The translations under genes and the position numbers were made by a program. A DNA stretch of 64,000 bases, taken from positions 1,240,001 to 1,304,000 of the forward strand of contig LSRY02000019.1 of NCBI GenBank assembly GCA_001643675.2, in the 5' to 3' direction. The notes under the pieces are model-generated. The model was given only the letters and a program-made list of their open reading frames with translations. It was not told where the DNA came from and searched no databases. This document shows, piece by piece, positions 33,001-45,000 of this stretch; position 1 is the stretch's first letter, and each line of letters starts with the position of its first letter. The stretch comes from Monocercomonoides exilis PA203. Taxonomy: Eukaryota > Protista > Preaxostyla.

Positions 33001-34933
33001 TGATGCCGACTTTCTCAGCGTCTGCCGGCAGCTCGTGGAGGGTGTCATAGACAGGGTAGGCACAGCCCAGTGTGAAGTAGTTGCGCTCAATCCACTCGGC
33101 CTCGTGGCGCAGCTCCTCCGGCCGGATCTCAAAGTGCAGCAGCGCCTCGTCCCACGTCTTCACTGAACCGTCGCGGTTGAGCACAGAGTGCACCACAACA
33201 GAAGGAGGGGCAGGGATGTTTGTGGCCACATCGACTGGCTCAGACATGGCGCCTGCCTCTAATGCATCGAGCTCGCTTCTCTCGTTACCGAACAGAAAAT
33301 AGGTATCGCCCAATGTCTTCACTTCCTCGTTGATCTCTTCTTCCAGCTCTGCCACATCCTGCTTCTCAAATAACTCATCATCGTCATCTTCCTCCTCTTC
33401 TTCCTCTTCGACTTCAACATCTTGCTCCAGTTCATGATCATCAAATGTGTGTGCATCCGCTGCTTGGCTTTCATCTTCCTCGTCTGCTGCAGCCTTCACA
33501 TTCTTCGTGTCCATCAAGTCGGTCCTGGCTTTCTTGTCAGCAACTGTCGCCATCGACTCTGCAATGGGATGCGGCTTCTCATCAGCCTCCACTTGCTTCG
33601 CCTCTTCTCTGTCTGCTTCGATGTCTGCCTCTATTTCGACTTCGACTTCTGCTTCTACGCCGTCTTCTTTGCCTTCAGCTGTTTTATTCTCAGCTGATGC
33701 ATTGGGATTGGCGTTGCTGTTGCTTTTGTCGAAGTCGTCTTCTCCATTCTCATTTATATTATCGTTCTCTTCAAGCTGGTTCTCTTCAGCGCCGTTCACT
33801 CCGTTCTCTGTTTTGACACGTGACAGCTCTTTTTCTATTCTCTTCCTGCGCCTTCTTTCTTGTTTCTTTGCTTTCTTCTTTTCTTCCATCCTTTTTGCCT
33901 TCCATTCGTTTATTCGGCTTTCTTTCAGCTTGTCCCAATTGTCCAGCGTCTTCTTTTGAACTTCCTCTTTCACTGCCTCAAAACGAGGTCGAAGATGAAG
34001 CAGAATCAGTCGCTCAGGAATTCTGAGTGCTTTTATCTTCTCATCTCCTTCTGTCAGATAATGCTCTTCAACAACAGTCGGCTCAAACACTTTCCGCAGA
34101 ACAGCTCCTGGTTCTTCCTCTTCTTCAACTTCCCCTTCTGAATATAAATATTCTTCCTCCTCCTCATCTTCAAGTTCATCCTGCTCTTCTTCATCAAATT
34201 CGCCTTTTACACTATGAGATTTTAACTTTTGTCTTTCTTCTTCCTCAGATCCTGGAATGGCTTCTTTCTTTACAATTGCATCGCCTTCAACTTTTGCCCG
34301 TAATCGTTTTTTGCGAAATTGTGGAGCAACAGTCGATTCTAATTTAATTCCTTCAGGAAATAATGATCGAGCAAATGAATCATCATCACCAAACAATTGA
34401 AGGGCTTCGTGCCTAAAATCTTCATCTTCATCATCGTAATATTGCCGACGTCGATAAGCAGCAGGATTATACGAAGATTGAGAGGGTAAGCGATCTGAAT
34501 ATGATGTCTTTCGATCATATGTGCCACTTTCGTCCAGATCTTCTTCATTATCATCGTCATCCTCTTCCGCTTCTTCATCTAAATATGAAGAAGATTTGAA
34601 TCTTTTTTCTCCATGCGGTTGTTTTTGAACTCTTGATTTATCATCAATTTCATCTGTCTCTCTCATTTCTTCCTCGTCATCGTCTTCAAGTTCATCTAGC
34701 GCACTTCTTGGTTTTACGTATGAATCATTTTCCGGTTCTGCATCGTTTTGTGCGCTATCAGCTTCAAGTTCTTCTTCGTCCTGATAATCATCGGTTATGT
34801 CCTGTTTTTGAATAAAAGGCTTCACATCAATCATAGAAGTTCCTTCATCAATATCATCATCGTCATCACCAGAACGGATGTTACGGACTAATCTTCGAAA
34901 AGGTTGGCCCTTGTTTCCAGAATCAGAACTCAT
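27008..34933 (-). CDS. SPT6: Transcription elongation factor / histone chaperone Spt6
   Basis: Acidic N-terminus (YLDEEAEED); Spt6 core motifs IPERL, EAEWI, AVSLGR..P, LHPLQ and AGMGPRR; S1-like region; tandem SH2 (HPSYHQFNKTQAEEYL..GSFVFRPS). Confidence 0.93.
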   Translation of the reverse strand: MSSDSGNKGQPFRRLVRNIRSGDDDDDIDEGTSMIDVKPFIQKQDITDDYQDEEELEADSAQNDAEPENDSYVKPRSALDELEDDDEEEMRETDEIDDKSRVQKQPHGEKRFKSSSYLDEEAEEDDDDNEEDLDESGTYDRKTSYSDRLPSQSSYNPAAYRRRQYYDDEDEDFRHEALQLFGDDDSFARSLFPEGIKLESTVAPQFRKKRLRAKVEGDAIVKKEAIPGSEEEERQKLKSHSVKGEFDEEEQDELEDEEEEEYLYSEGEVEEEEEPGAVLRKVFEPTVVEEHYLTEGDEKIKALRIPERLILLHLRPRFEAVKEEVQKKTLDNWDKLKESRINEWKAKRMEEKKKAKKQERRRRKRIEKELSRVKTENGVNGAEENQLEENDNINENGEDDFDKSNSNANPNASAENKTAEGKEDGVEAEVEVEIEADIEADREEAKQVEADEKPHPIAESMATVADKKARTDLMDTKNVKAAADEEDESQAADAHTFDDHELEQDVEVEEEEEEEDDDDELFEKQDVAELEEEINEEVKTLGDTYFLFGNERSELDALEAGAMSEPVDVATNIPAPPSVVVHSVLNRDGSVKTWDEALLHFEIRPEELRHEAEWIERNYFTLGCAYPVYDTLHELPADAEKVGISETAEAVGCSGGSTSSSSSYDRDMDSRSSGRGKEKPSLGQDLFGTSTVPPPETDLTRSTLVAPASSAAATHSSSMFFLPSTAPASTSRQRISLSSISQSSNSSSSSSNSSSFTSSSSSSSSSSSSSSSSSSSSSAPTSSSSSSTTTFVDVVTHILHLMLNEHLEVSLICRHHKSMFAPFLAEVDVWAIERADISFVLWMAQKQKAVRSLNMIKETAERLLAFKENRRFERKEDSEQQFGGEGASEGRKTGAKGNMTMEELYNRGEGMEDDEEDGDYHPEHRPDEKLGVKADAEKVERAPSPLAKNDPNAEASTSSSSSSSSSSSSSSDNSTSSSTASSSESFTPLKKPHIIHDIIAELNELSSYLQHNLSLSTAECISDVQMQLRCIREELLAVVEKESMDWLHQVMEWKEKARKAQRAAVQAEENAELHDSQIEIETAITQTTSSEAGAGADSAFGFFAGNEQEKQCYSPENIERVNEMFREMQEELSASRGVVASRSAAASMPRGGKTGSNESVLRQTPAMLVKMGIGLYPFTLGLKANDVGVNVEMGMRLIKPTLPTKSEFKADNDENTNEADAPRPLGSEMDNKQSERKESSDAVLTPDEVADLFLSEYKLGSYTPSDGKFPSVGSPDEALVDELRRQIFEDKKSVLDAIQSLAVSRLSSIASIRNVIRESIVPHVTVSVIPTQKGSMLMNDDPLHPLYARLWCLDRKPIRLIDCSDETFALFVKARQEGLIKCVMALTDEGKLNVIKKLRASSGMDEKDESAQKREENAKAEENENVKKEKEISETSSSSSSSTTTTASNDGWGSDPSEVSSSPSSSFDDSWDQPVVSSSAADNKSSSSDWGSSDSFSASLPSASSSKPQSTSPSSPSSEWSSLLFSVLCKSFLSNILPSLLTEIFNKRVSLSKRSIASACGDLLFMKLVDAPYSQIQESLSADGKSNAHDRICSLVCDPTPSVPAVVSLNRNGEAMGHMLLNGLNGRRPPLEEINAFMSAITERIPVQNPTTSANSAHALTPIAKTIQNKPYLIALNTLRIFLLRHTPNVLLVSGSDNKLRFIMDDITRMIQQMKAECPEPRQSASSAPRESDYPYLTPIDAKPQINDRYGSNRSGYSSGLGSDGSSDGLKKQFTIPPRLTKECLVKMITANVGRAFVGSNRAKQEFNNITGKKDSPSTSVPSAVQESSQSKALAASFCLQIAVSLGRHYISPFFEIAALLADARLNDAEFKALQQTRSSESEFFNEGSANAIHTTISALNRLSLHPLQQLADTPNLLNFTSQSLRRAASLISLQPLATLLKPHLSPALEFAAGMGPRRVRMMAALLNKNSSMNSMRGDGAGGRGREDEDEEEMDDEMESEEDDTNLDEEERERKREEREQREAEKRRRKQKREQALKQKKNSLPASDLYDQLWVDPRFHSSALQTASMTASATSFGANEMQSQFGTVYREAGTPNKKQPISSMSLFYMMNASEGNRLTLRPGSAVFVRCVGETRNGNGFNFRFDNGLPAYLKMDPLRAKEEAKRKQQMIMQSRNSGRPVAADPIEPGWTAEGLPIPNRHQKMYISFMDFERSSISLCKREMVEMKSRTVQRDLYYNASLDTWKEKRQQQESTLLNAKVLPSTSKSPSQPFSAPLSSASTDVTQLQAINQKKKRDEIQQALQKRHVDHPSYHQFNKTQAEEYLAKECGGKAGSFVFRPSLRFEDRLIASFLLSDGGTATHLEIMEKDKPNPFAVGKHLAVGSLVMDSLNQVAAKVIKPLVTLSQMIYKHSSYVSSSMSGNSGRVISAEVTDTLFKKKEEKPMTIPYAISASSSGEAGQFTFYYLPMDTIQTEVMKLTPRGIKMMGKTFNTVDEAISFFKSSYKEKRMKEEKAKDEEEKKRREEERRREAARAEQRERERQMMSYSRSGYSNYPQSAAASYSSAYPPYPYSSSYQQPSSYSQSYPSSAASYPPSSTQSGYYQSQDPYGYSDRNQQYPSSSHRSDHSQKSQTGSSWNSDHDVW

Positions 34934-35016
34934 GATTGATCACATACCCAAACTTTTAGCTGATAATTTCGCAATAAAAATAAATTCATTTAAAAGACTT
35001 TTTGCAAACAAAGAAA
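34934..35016. promoter_or_regulatory. Probable compact bidirectional promoter between SPT6 and KAE1
   Basis: Only 83 bp separate the two divergent start codons. Confidence 0.55.
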
Positions 35017-36443
35017 AGTTTGTCTTGCTTTGTTAAAGTTAAAATTAAATTTATTTTTTGAATTTTATAAAATTTTCTTTCCTAAAGTGGTGAAATTTGC
35101 AATTGGATTTGAAGGGAGTGCAAACAAGCTCGGGGTTGGAATTGTTACAGATGATGGAAAGATATTAGCCAATATTAGAGACACTTACATCACACCACCT
35201 GGAACAGGTTTTCTGCCGAGAGAAACAGCTCTTCATCACAATTCACATTTATATGCTCTGACGAAAAAAGCACTTCAAATAGCCAACATCACACCAAAGC
35301 AAATTGATTGCATATGCTATACAAAAGGTCCTGGAATTGCAATGCCCCTTATAACAGTTGCAGTGTTCGTGAGAGTTTTGGCACAAGTCTGGAAAAAGCC
35401 AATAATTCCTGTGAATCATTGCGTTGCTCGTTTGACTTTTCTTTTAAATTTCTATGAATATAATAATTATGATATAGATATTGAAATGGGTAGATTCGCA
35501 ACAAAAACAGAAAATCCTGTTGTTCTATATGTTAGTGGAGGAAATACACAAGTGATTGCTTTTGCTCACGGAAAGTTTGAAAAATACAAATTTTTCAAAA
35601 GAAATTCATACAAGTTTTTAAATTTTCATCTCTTATTTCTTTTTATACAGATATCGTATTTTTGGAGAGACGATTGACATGGCTGTTGGAAATTGTTTTG
35701 ATCGATTTGCTCGTGATATTCAACTTTCAAATGATCCTTCACCAGGATACAACATTGAGCAGCTCGCAAAAAAGTTTGCCTTTCTTTTCTTTTCTTTTTT
35801 TCTTTAGCACTTTCAAATTTTTAGAGGAAAAAAATACATTCCACTTCCTTATGTTGTAAAAGGGATGGATGTGTCATTTTCTGGAATTCTTTCATATATT
35901 GAAAAGGATCTTGACGAAAATTTGGCATCGGGAAAATATACAAAGGAAGATTTATGTTATTCTCTCCAAGAAACAGTATTTTCAATGCTTATCGAAGTAA
36001 CTGAAAGAGCGATTGCACATGTTGGAGCAACCGATGCATTGATGGTTGGTGGAGTTGCATGTATGACGTTCATTTTTTTTTCCCCTAATTTAATATTGCT
36101 CAACTTGTGACATTTTATTCGATTGAAATATTATTAATTTTTTTTAGGTAATGAAAGACTTCATGAAATGATGAAACAGATGATAGAACAGCGTGGAGGG
36201 AGAGTATGTGCAATGGATGAACGATATTGCATTGACAACGGAGCAATGATTGCACACACAGGACTACTTGCCTTTCCATTTGGACTTTTTGAAGATGTTG
36301 AACAGACCATCACGCGCCAACGCTTCAGGACGGACGAAATGGAGATACCATGGCGAATGGGAGAAATTGGAATTCAAGGAAGTGAAGAGGTTGACAATCC
36401 CGAAGCAGCATCGCATTTAATTACTCAAAAAATAGAAAAATGA
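35017..36443 (+). CDS. KAE1: tRNA N6-adenosine threonylcarbamoyltransferase Kae1/OSGEP (KEOPS); introns 35018-35087, 35430-35477, 35575-35650, 35774-35824, 36061-36147
   Basis: The spliced product reads [95 protein letters not shown]. All junctions are GT-AG and preserve the frame. Confidence 0.96.
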
Positions 36444-36539
36444 ATTGAAGTCATTAGGTTGCGAGTTTTATTGAAAAATTAGTTAAAGAATAAATACAAA
36501 AGCTTACGACTGTAAGATGAAAAAGAGCAAGATTTTTGT

Positions 36540-37180
36540 TCAGTGCTTTTGAGGATATCTAACGTTATTCTTTTTCGTTTCTGCATAAGCAAAATTTAAA
36601 GCATGTTCTAATGTTTTTATCATTTTTTTGTTTGCCAAATTGTCTTCTGAATCTCCATTCACGTTTTGAGGATATCTGTGAGAATGTTCGTAATCTATGT
36701 GACGAATATGATGGGGAGCAAATGTTTGCTGCTTTAGTGCATCATTGTTTTCTTCATGTGATGCATCTTTTGGAGTTGTATTCTCAGCATCATCCATTTG
36801 TTCTTCAGCAATTTTCAAATTTTGCTCAGCGAGATCTCTTCTTTTCTGGACATATTCATTTTGATTCATCTTTTCGGCATATGTTTTTCTTTGACATTGA
36901 TTCATATATTCATCAGAATTTTCCTTTGTGGATAAAAAGTTCTTGAAATATCTGGTGACTTTATGAGCAAAATTTTCTGTTTTCTCTTGAACATAATCAA
37001 GCACTGGCGCATCTGTTTCCGGAATTCTATTATCATTATTCCAACTAGAAAGTCCATCTGCTATACATTGCATAATAAATACAGCCTGTAAAAATTTCAA
37101 CAGAGAACAAATAACAAAAGTTTAGCATGCTTTAAAAAAAAAAAGATACTACATACAATCAAAAATAAAATAAAATCCAT
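36540..37180 (-). CDS. Hypothetical secreted protein (2 exons)
   Basis: The ATG at 37180 gives MDFILFLI; a GTATGT...TTACAG intron joins this in frame to AVFIMQCIADG, creating a signal-peptide-like start. The remainder is hydrophilic and helical. Confidence 0.6.
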
Positions 37181-37466
37181 CTCTTAGCAGAAAAGTGTGC
37201 CGCTATGAAAATAAATACAATTCCATATTTTTGATTTCAAAATTCTTCTGCAAAAGTCGCAGGAAAATATCATAAAAAAATTATTATACAACTGAATTCG
37301 TCCAATTATATTTTGTGTGTTATAAAAAGTATTATTTGATGAAGTTTTGGAATATGTGGACCAACAACTCGCATAATCAACGTTTGAATAAATACATCAT
37401 GGGATAGATTTTTTGCTTGAATTTGATTGATCAAATAAGATCAATATAATTTTGCTTTTATTTTTC

Positions 37467-40400
37467 ATGGAAACTCTTTCAAATATTATACGCATTTCAA
37501 ATGCTTCATACTTAGTGTTTCTGACAAGCAAGAAACCGGTATAGATTTCATATTGATTTTAAAGCACTGTGTTAATTTTTTATTCATTATTTGATTTTTT
37601 GCTTCAAGAGATTTGCTTTTCGTGGCAAAATTTGGCTAAACGTTCTTAGAGGATATATACGGTTAAATAATTTTTGTAATTTCTTGAAATTTACCTTTTT
37701 TGCATTTTTTCATTCAGAATTTGTGGATCTGTTTTATCGCATAAAGCAAAAATAATACAATTATCGTGTCCTTCATCTTCTCCATTTTTAATAATTGAAT
37801 CTGTTCTTTCATCTGTTCGACAAGGCAAGTTGCTCGATAAAGACAAATTTTTTGAAAATATCGATGAACAAAATGATGCACAATTGAGCTTTATTGTTGA
37901 TCACGCCGCTTGCAAATTATCAATAAAACAGAAGGAAATTGTATCCGTATTTCTTATTCAGGTGCATAGAGATCAAATTATCGATTCATTATATCTAAAT
38001 CAGTTTTCTGTACCAAAATCAATGATAATCGGAATAAAAACAAAAAAAATTATTCCAATTCTTTCGCAGTCAGAATTTTCTGATCAAATTAACTTAGGAA
38101 AAAAGAATATGGCTCATTGCGCTAAATCAATCATCGAAGAAACAGAATTGGAAATTCACATGAAAGAATCTGAGCTTGAAGACGCATCTGGGAAAACTGT
38201 TGAAAGTGGGAAAATAGTGAATGAAATTTTTGATGGGAAAGAATTAAATCAAACATCAGCAGAAATAATGATGAGCGATGCTTTGAAAGATGATTTTTCA
38301 AGCAATTCATCTGTTACGCAAAGTAATAATGACAATGATAGTGATTCAAAAAAAGAACATGAGTTACAAGAGCTCTCAGAACAAGTCACAGGCAAATCGA
38401 CAGATGGAGCAGACTCTGACATCTCAAAAAAAGAGAACAAAGGAAGTCAAGATGAATTAACAAAAGAAAGCGTAAGAGATGTTGAAGCAGATGAGGGAGT
38501 GGACAATATTAATGAAGATCTTATTGTGATTGATGAAAGTGAGGGAAATGATGAAATAAATGATTATGTTATCATTGACGATGATTCAGACGAAATTGAA
38601 GTAATCAATAGTGAGACTGGCGTCTATGATCCATTTTCTGAGAGTTTTGAAATGTCTTCAAGCAGCTTTGCAGATGGAGGAGAGGAATTTGGCGATGATG
38701 TTCAAATACTTGAGCATCTGTCAGATGGAAAACGGCGTCAAAGCAAAAGCAGGATGCAATCTAATCTGTTGTCTCCTTCTCGTTCTCCGCTTCCTTCATC
38801 GTCACCATCACCGTCTCCTTCACCATCACCATCACGCTCTGATATCGATGGCATCCGTTTGGCACTGCTTCGGCAAAAACGACAGCGCATTCCGCAGAAG
38901 CTGGAGAAATCTCTGCATCCAACTGGTCTGCAAAATTTCTTCATTGTCGATTCTCCTCCTCCGGACATTGTATCACTGCAGGATATTTCGCCTGCACGAA
39001 GCGATGCAGGGGTGCAAATGCCAGAAGAGTGGATCCTTCCAATCGAAACAATTGTGCATCACCTGATTTACACCTCAGCCACGTCAACTGTCCCTGATGT
39101 GTCGCAAGCTCCGTTCTTCTCTGAAGAGCAGAGTCTCGCTGCGCTTCCGCCTTTTACTCCAAAGTTGACCACGACCAATTCTGTCCTTCTGATGGGCACA
39201 AAAAACGCAGGCAAATCCACGCTGGCACACTTCATTGCGAACAGTCTGCTGAACGTGCTTCCGTTTGTCTTCGTGCTCGATTGTGATGTTGGGCAGCCTC
39301 TTTTGACTGCCCCTGGCTTTGTCTCGCTTGTCGCTGTGTTCGAGCCGCTGTTGAATCCACCGTGGATGAATGTGAACCCGCTCCAGCAGAATGACTGCGA
39401 CAGGATCGGAAACTCGCTAAAATCACTTTTTGAGAAGGCTGCTTCAGAAAAGAATGGAGAAGACTCTGCCAAGTGGAAGGCACTGACTTCGGCTGTTTCT
39501 GGAGATTACGGCTGTTTTGTGGTTGATAGCGTCTTTATTGGTGATGTCTCAATGGTGTCAAACCCTCTTTTGTTCGTAAATGCCATCAAGCGGCTTCTGA
39601 CTACTTACAGACTGCTGTGCCGCAATGATGTCATGCGTTCTGTTCTTAAATCTTCTTCTCCTGCTCCATCTCCGACTCCTTCTCCTGTTTCTCCTTCTGC
39701 TTCTCCTGTGGATCGTTTTGAGGCATCTGATGCTAATCCTTCATCAGCATCTGATACCTCTTCCACGGAACAGTCAGCTTCCTCTTCCTCTTCAATCCAA
39801 AGAGGCGGAATGAAAGATTGCTATCCGCTCATCATCAACACCCCCGGATGGGTACAAGGAATGGGAATGCACTGCCTGATGTCTATTATTGCAAACGCTT
39901 GTCCGATGTTTGTTGTTCAGCTCACCTGGACGCAAGTGAAAAAAGTGAGGCCAGACGACAGACGGACTCCAGTGAAAGGGAATGACAATTTGAGTGATTC
40001 TGAGTGGGTGATACAGCAAGTGGATCTGATCAGGAAATTTGCAGCTGAAGAGAAGCTGCCTTTGGTTGGCTGGGAATGGCCTGACCTCGCTGGTTCTAGC
40101 AATATTAAGCTGCACTCTTCTGATGAAAAGAAGTCGGCTCAGGATCTGATCCAGATACAGCAGATGCCACTCACCTCGCCTCAAAAGCAGAACTCTGTGC
40201 TCCTTCAGCATTATTACTCATCGATGGTACCTCTTCTTCATCGGAGGACAGACAATTTGTATCCGTCGCCTTCTGCTCTGTTGAACTCCTGTTCGATTGT
40301 ACTTCCTCCAAGACCAGACACACAACCACCGAGGAATCTCACACCAAGTGAAGGAAGGGCGCTCCGGTGGATGAATCTGTTTGGCGGATGGAACCATCTC

Positions 40401-41687
40401 TGGTTCAAGAACACAACACAGATGGCAGATGAAGAAAGAACAGAAACCAGCAAAAATGCAATGAATGGAATTGGAAAGAAAGGCAACACTGTGCTTGCTG
40501 GAGATGCGAACGAATCATCGCTTTCCAATGCCAAAATAAATCCTCAAATAAGCAAAAATGAATCTGAAACATCTGATTCTTCTCAATCTTCTGTTGCATC
40601 CAATGATTCTCATATGTCATTTCCTTTGTGTCTTCCTTCTGCTCTTTCATTTGAGCCTCCTTTGCACATTCCCTGCGACAGAACAAATTTGATATGGATG
40701 AATCAAACTGATCTGCCTGAGGGTGAAGAGAAGCGATCTGACTTTCTGAAGCGTTCTTTGCCTCTCTCTTTGGTTGTTTTGTCCAGACAAAGGCAAAAAA
40801 CCGATGATATTGCAGCTGAATGCAATTCTTCTGCCTGTGTTGCTTTGAAGACTCTTTTCAGAGCGTGGAGGGAAGAGTGCAAAGAGACTGTGATTCCAGG
40901 AAGCTTTGCACTTTATGATTCAAAAAGCGAACTTCGCTTTATTTTATCCACTTCATCCAATTTGACATCTTCTTCCTCCTCTTCATCTTCACCATCCTCT
41001 TCATTTTTCAACACAAGCACGCCACTCTCAGCAAAGGAACTGCATGTTTTGGAGAGTGTTCCCATCACATGCGCAATTGTGCGTGGAGCAGACACAAAAT
41101 CCAATTCACTTACAGTCACTCTTCCTCTTCTTGACACATTCAGAATGTGTTTAGATACAAGGCTTAACCACACTGATTCTTCATCACTTTCTCTGCCATC
41201 TATCTTCAATAACCCATTTCTGCTATGGATGAAAGAGCAAGCCATTTCACTTCGATACGAGCTCTCATCTTCGACTTTCCATTTAGCTCGTCCTTCTCTC
41301 CTCAGAGCATATATTGATTCAGCTGCTTCATCAGCCAAGCAAGATGACTCTGGTGCTTCTACAACTTCTTTTACTCAAACTCCTTCTCCTTCTGCTGTAT
41401 TGTTCACTGACTCCCTAATCAAAAGCGCAATAACTGTTCCTGACCCTCTCTTCATACCAACTGTTAATCCTCCTCTGTCGCAATTACTCAGCCAGCAATT
41501 TTCTCCAGAAGCCCAGACCATGTTTGAGGCAATCAACACATCGGCACTTCTGTCAATGAAGTATGTTCTGCCTGATCGTGTTGGAGCTTCCTGGACTGTC
41601 GGAGAGAAGGCGATGAGCAGAACATCGAAGCATGGCCAAAGAAGGAGGAACATTAGCGCAGATAAGTTAAAGCACATTGAACAGTAA
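37467..41687 (+). CDS. NOL9: Polynucleotide 5'-hydroxyl kinase NOL9/Grc3 (Clp1 family); 5' exons approximate
   Basis: P-loop MGTKNAGKST, LDCDVGQP, PGFVSL and IINTPGWVQGMG. Short upstream exons start from ATG 37467 (e.g. FAFRGKIWLNVLRGY). Confidence 0.85.
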
Positions 41688-42086
41688 ATTATTATTTTGT
41701 GTTGATTTGAAAGTATTTGGAAAAAATAATAAAAATTTTCATTTCATTCAGAATTAACAAAGTTAAACACTTCAGTTTTTCACTTCACAAAAAAAAAAAA
41801 AAAAAGAAGATAATCGCAAAAAGACCTTTTCATATTTTTTATTTCATCAAAAACAAAAGGGTTATTCAAACATAAAGACATAAAATTTAAAAGTTCATAC
41901 TAATTTATAAAAACATAAAAATAAGTTGAAACTTCAATTTAGACAACATAAATAAAAACTTATAACAAACAAAAAGGTTTGAATACTTCATTAAATAAAA
42001 CCATAAGCATTTATAATATTGCAGATAAAAAATAATGTCGGAATTAATGAAAATGTTAGTGTTACACTTTATCAAGTGCTTCTCAT

Positions 42087-45000
42087 TCAATGTTCTGGGA
42101 ATGGAACCAAACCCAAATGAATCATTTTCTCTTCTTCTGTTTCTTTTTCTTGCCTCGGCTTCAAAGCAGCATCAGCACGGAACTTGCTGCTGATGGCTTG
42201 TGGAGTTGCATGTGGGTGTGATTGAGCAGTGTTCAAAGAAGGAAGTGAAGCTGTTGCCGAAGAGGAAGAAGAGAATGAAGAAGAAGAGGGAAGAGGGAAA
42301 TGAGAAGATGCTTCCAGAGAAGATGAATAAGTGGGGAGCAGCAAAGGCTGCCCAGTTGACGAATGCACAAAGTCTTTGCTTTCTGTCCACTGTTTCAGCT
42401 TTCCCGAGCTCATCTTCAGTTTCTGCTCCTCCCACTTCAAATCAGATTGCAAGTATTTCCCTGTCGCATCATCTTGAATAGGAGAAGATAAGTTGTCTGA
42501 TGAAGTGTTTGTTTCGGATGGAGAAGGAGCAGCGCTTGCAGGAGAATGAGCACCAAACGGACTGGGAATCCCCGGAGACGACGGAAGAGTGGCAAAGGAT
42601 GCAGCTGCGTTGACTGTTTGGCTGCGAGAAAGCGCTGAAATTGGGTTTTGTGAGGGAATTGAGGGGAGTGTAAGCCCTCTTTCACGCTTGTTCCCGTTCT
42701 TCGGCTGGTTGTTTGTTGTTGAGTGATCGGGAGAACTGGGTGTGTTGCCAGATAGCCGAGCAACAAATTCGCTCAAACACTTTTCGTTGCTCATTCGAGA
42801 TGTCGCAGAAGGAGAAGGGCTGGCAGAGTTCACAGGAGAAAGCGCCTTTGATGAGTGCAGCGATGTGACTGGAACAGAATGCTGCATCCATCGCGAGATC
42901 CGCCGATCCTCCATTCTCTGCCTTCGGCCTTCTTCCCGCCGCTTCAGCTGCTCCAGCGCTTCTTTCTCCTTCTGCTCGGCTTTCTCCTTTCGGAGGTTCT
43001 CCTCTCTGAGAAGGACAATCGCAGCCAGGTTGTCTTCGGTGATACAAGTGCTGTCTTCCATCGTGTTTGCCTTCAGCACGTCCCACATCGCATTGATCGT
43101 CGCAATCACCGCATCGCACTTCTTCTTCAGCACTGTGTATGTCCACTCTGTCTGCGCATCCTCGCTGCCCTTTTTGTCCTCCGCCTGAGTGTTTAGAGCA
43201 TCGGAAGGCGTTTGGTTCTTCGCTCCGCCTCTTTCGTGTGTCTGCCTCAGGACAAGCTTCTTCTTCTGCATTGTGTTGCTTGCCCGCACAAATCGCCCGT
43301 CGGGTGGCTGAGGAGGCCTTGTCTTGCAGATGGCGCAAGAGAGAGAGAAAAGCATGCTCCGCGCATCCTCCGAAAACACAGATAGAACAGCATTGGGGTC
43401 TAAAATGGAAGGCGGCTGGTTTGGAACTGAAGGAAGATTCCTCGAAGAGGCCAAAGAAGAGTTCAAAGTGCCTGACGATGCAGTGCCTGCTGTGTGATAC
43501 GACAGAGCTGATGCAGAAGAGGTGGACATGGAACGAGCGGATGACTGCAGGGCAATCGAAGAAGGCGTCTTTTGATGTGATATTGGCGTTGACGAAGCTG
43601 TATTAGTTTGTTTTTTTACAGGGACAGTAGCTGCAATGTCGTTGAAAGAAGCATGCAGAGCAGCAGACGACTGAGACAGCAGATAGCGTGATCCGCTGCT
43701 GTCGCTTTGAGCCATAAACGACCGAATGAAAGGCGACACTGCAAAAAACAGCTCCTTCGGGTTGTGCTGCTGGCGGGGCTTTTCGTGCTCTGCAGCTGCA
43801 ATGCCTTCCTGTGACGACTCGAGACAGGACATTCGGGAGAGAGAGCCTGAGGGATCGACGGTAGTTGAGATGAACTGGTCGCAGAGGGTCAGTGCGTTCT
43901 GCCACTCGCCTTCGGTTTCTGTGTCGACGTCCTCGCCGTATGTGTCAGTGAGGATCTTGTGAACAATCGAGCGCAGTGCAATGACGAGAAAAGGAGCAAG
44001 GAAAAGTAGACCAGCATCCTGAAAGCAGGATATTTCGTGGATGAAAGGGGAATATGAGTGGACAAATGAGATGAACGTCTGCTGGAGAAGTGCGTGGCCA
44101 AAGGGAGCAATAATGGCCTTGTGGTTGATGCCTGACGTGAAGAAAGCAGGAGCAGCATTGCGAGCAGAGCGGGCAGAGACTGAAATGGTTGTGTGTGGTG
44201 TCGATGGGGTCATCGGAATCTGTGATCTGGACGGTGAAAAGGGAGGGAAATACGAAGTGGGTGGAGCGTATGGAGAGATTAATGGAAGAGGAGATATCAG
44301 AACATTTGCAGTCGAAGAGATAGCTTGGTCGTGTTCACCGGATCCATCGTCTTCTTCGGGCAGTGAAATCAGATGGATTGTGTGCACAACTCTGATCAGG
44401 TGCTTCTCCATGGCAGGCGACAGATGGTCGATAAAGAACTGTTTCTCTCTGTTCGACAGGTAGCAGAAGTGGTATCTCTGGTCGAGTGTCTTTGCCTCTG
44501 CCAACCTCGACGTGAGTAGCGTGCCTGTGCATGAAAAGCTGGAGCGAGTGGTGAATGCGCCGTGTGGCGACTGCAGCGCCAGGAATGAGGAGCGCGCGAT
44601 GGGAGACTCCGGAATGGTCAGCCGCAGCTTTCGCTGGAAGGACGGGGTGTGCTGCAGAGTGCCTGTGCCAAGCCCGCTCGACGGAGACGGGATGACAATT
44701 GGGGACAAATGGTCTTCCCTCTTCCCGTCGCGGCTGTCGATGCGGATGTACCGCTGCTGCGTGGCTGATGAATTCTCCTTTGTGTACTGGAATGACTCAC
44801 GATGCTGCAGTGTGGGTGAGGGAGGAGCCTGTGGAAGGAATATGCTTTTGCTCATCTCGTTGTCTCCAGTGAGGCTGAGTGCGGTGTCTGTGTCTGGAAA
44901 AAAGAGGGGCATGATGAAGAGCAAGTAGCACAGACGCACCATCATCCTGATGGCTCTGTTGAACTGTGGATGGTGTGCTAAGTGGATTGCAGTTGCAACG

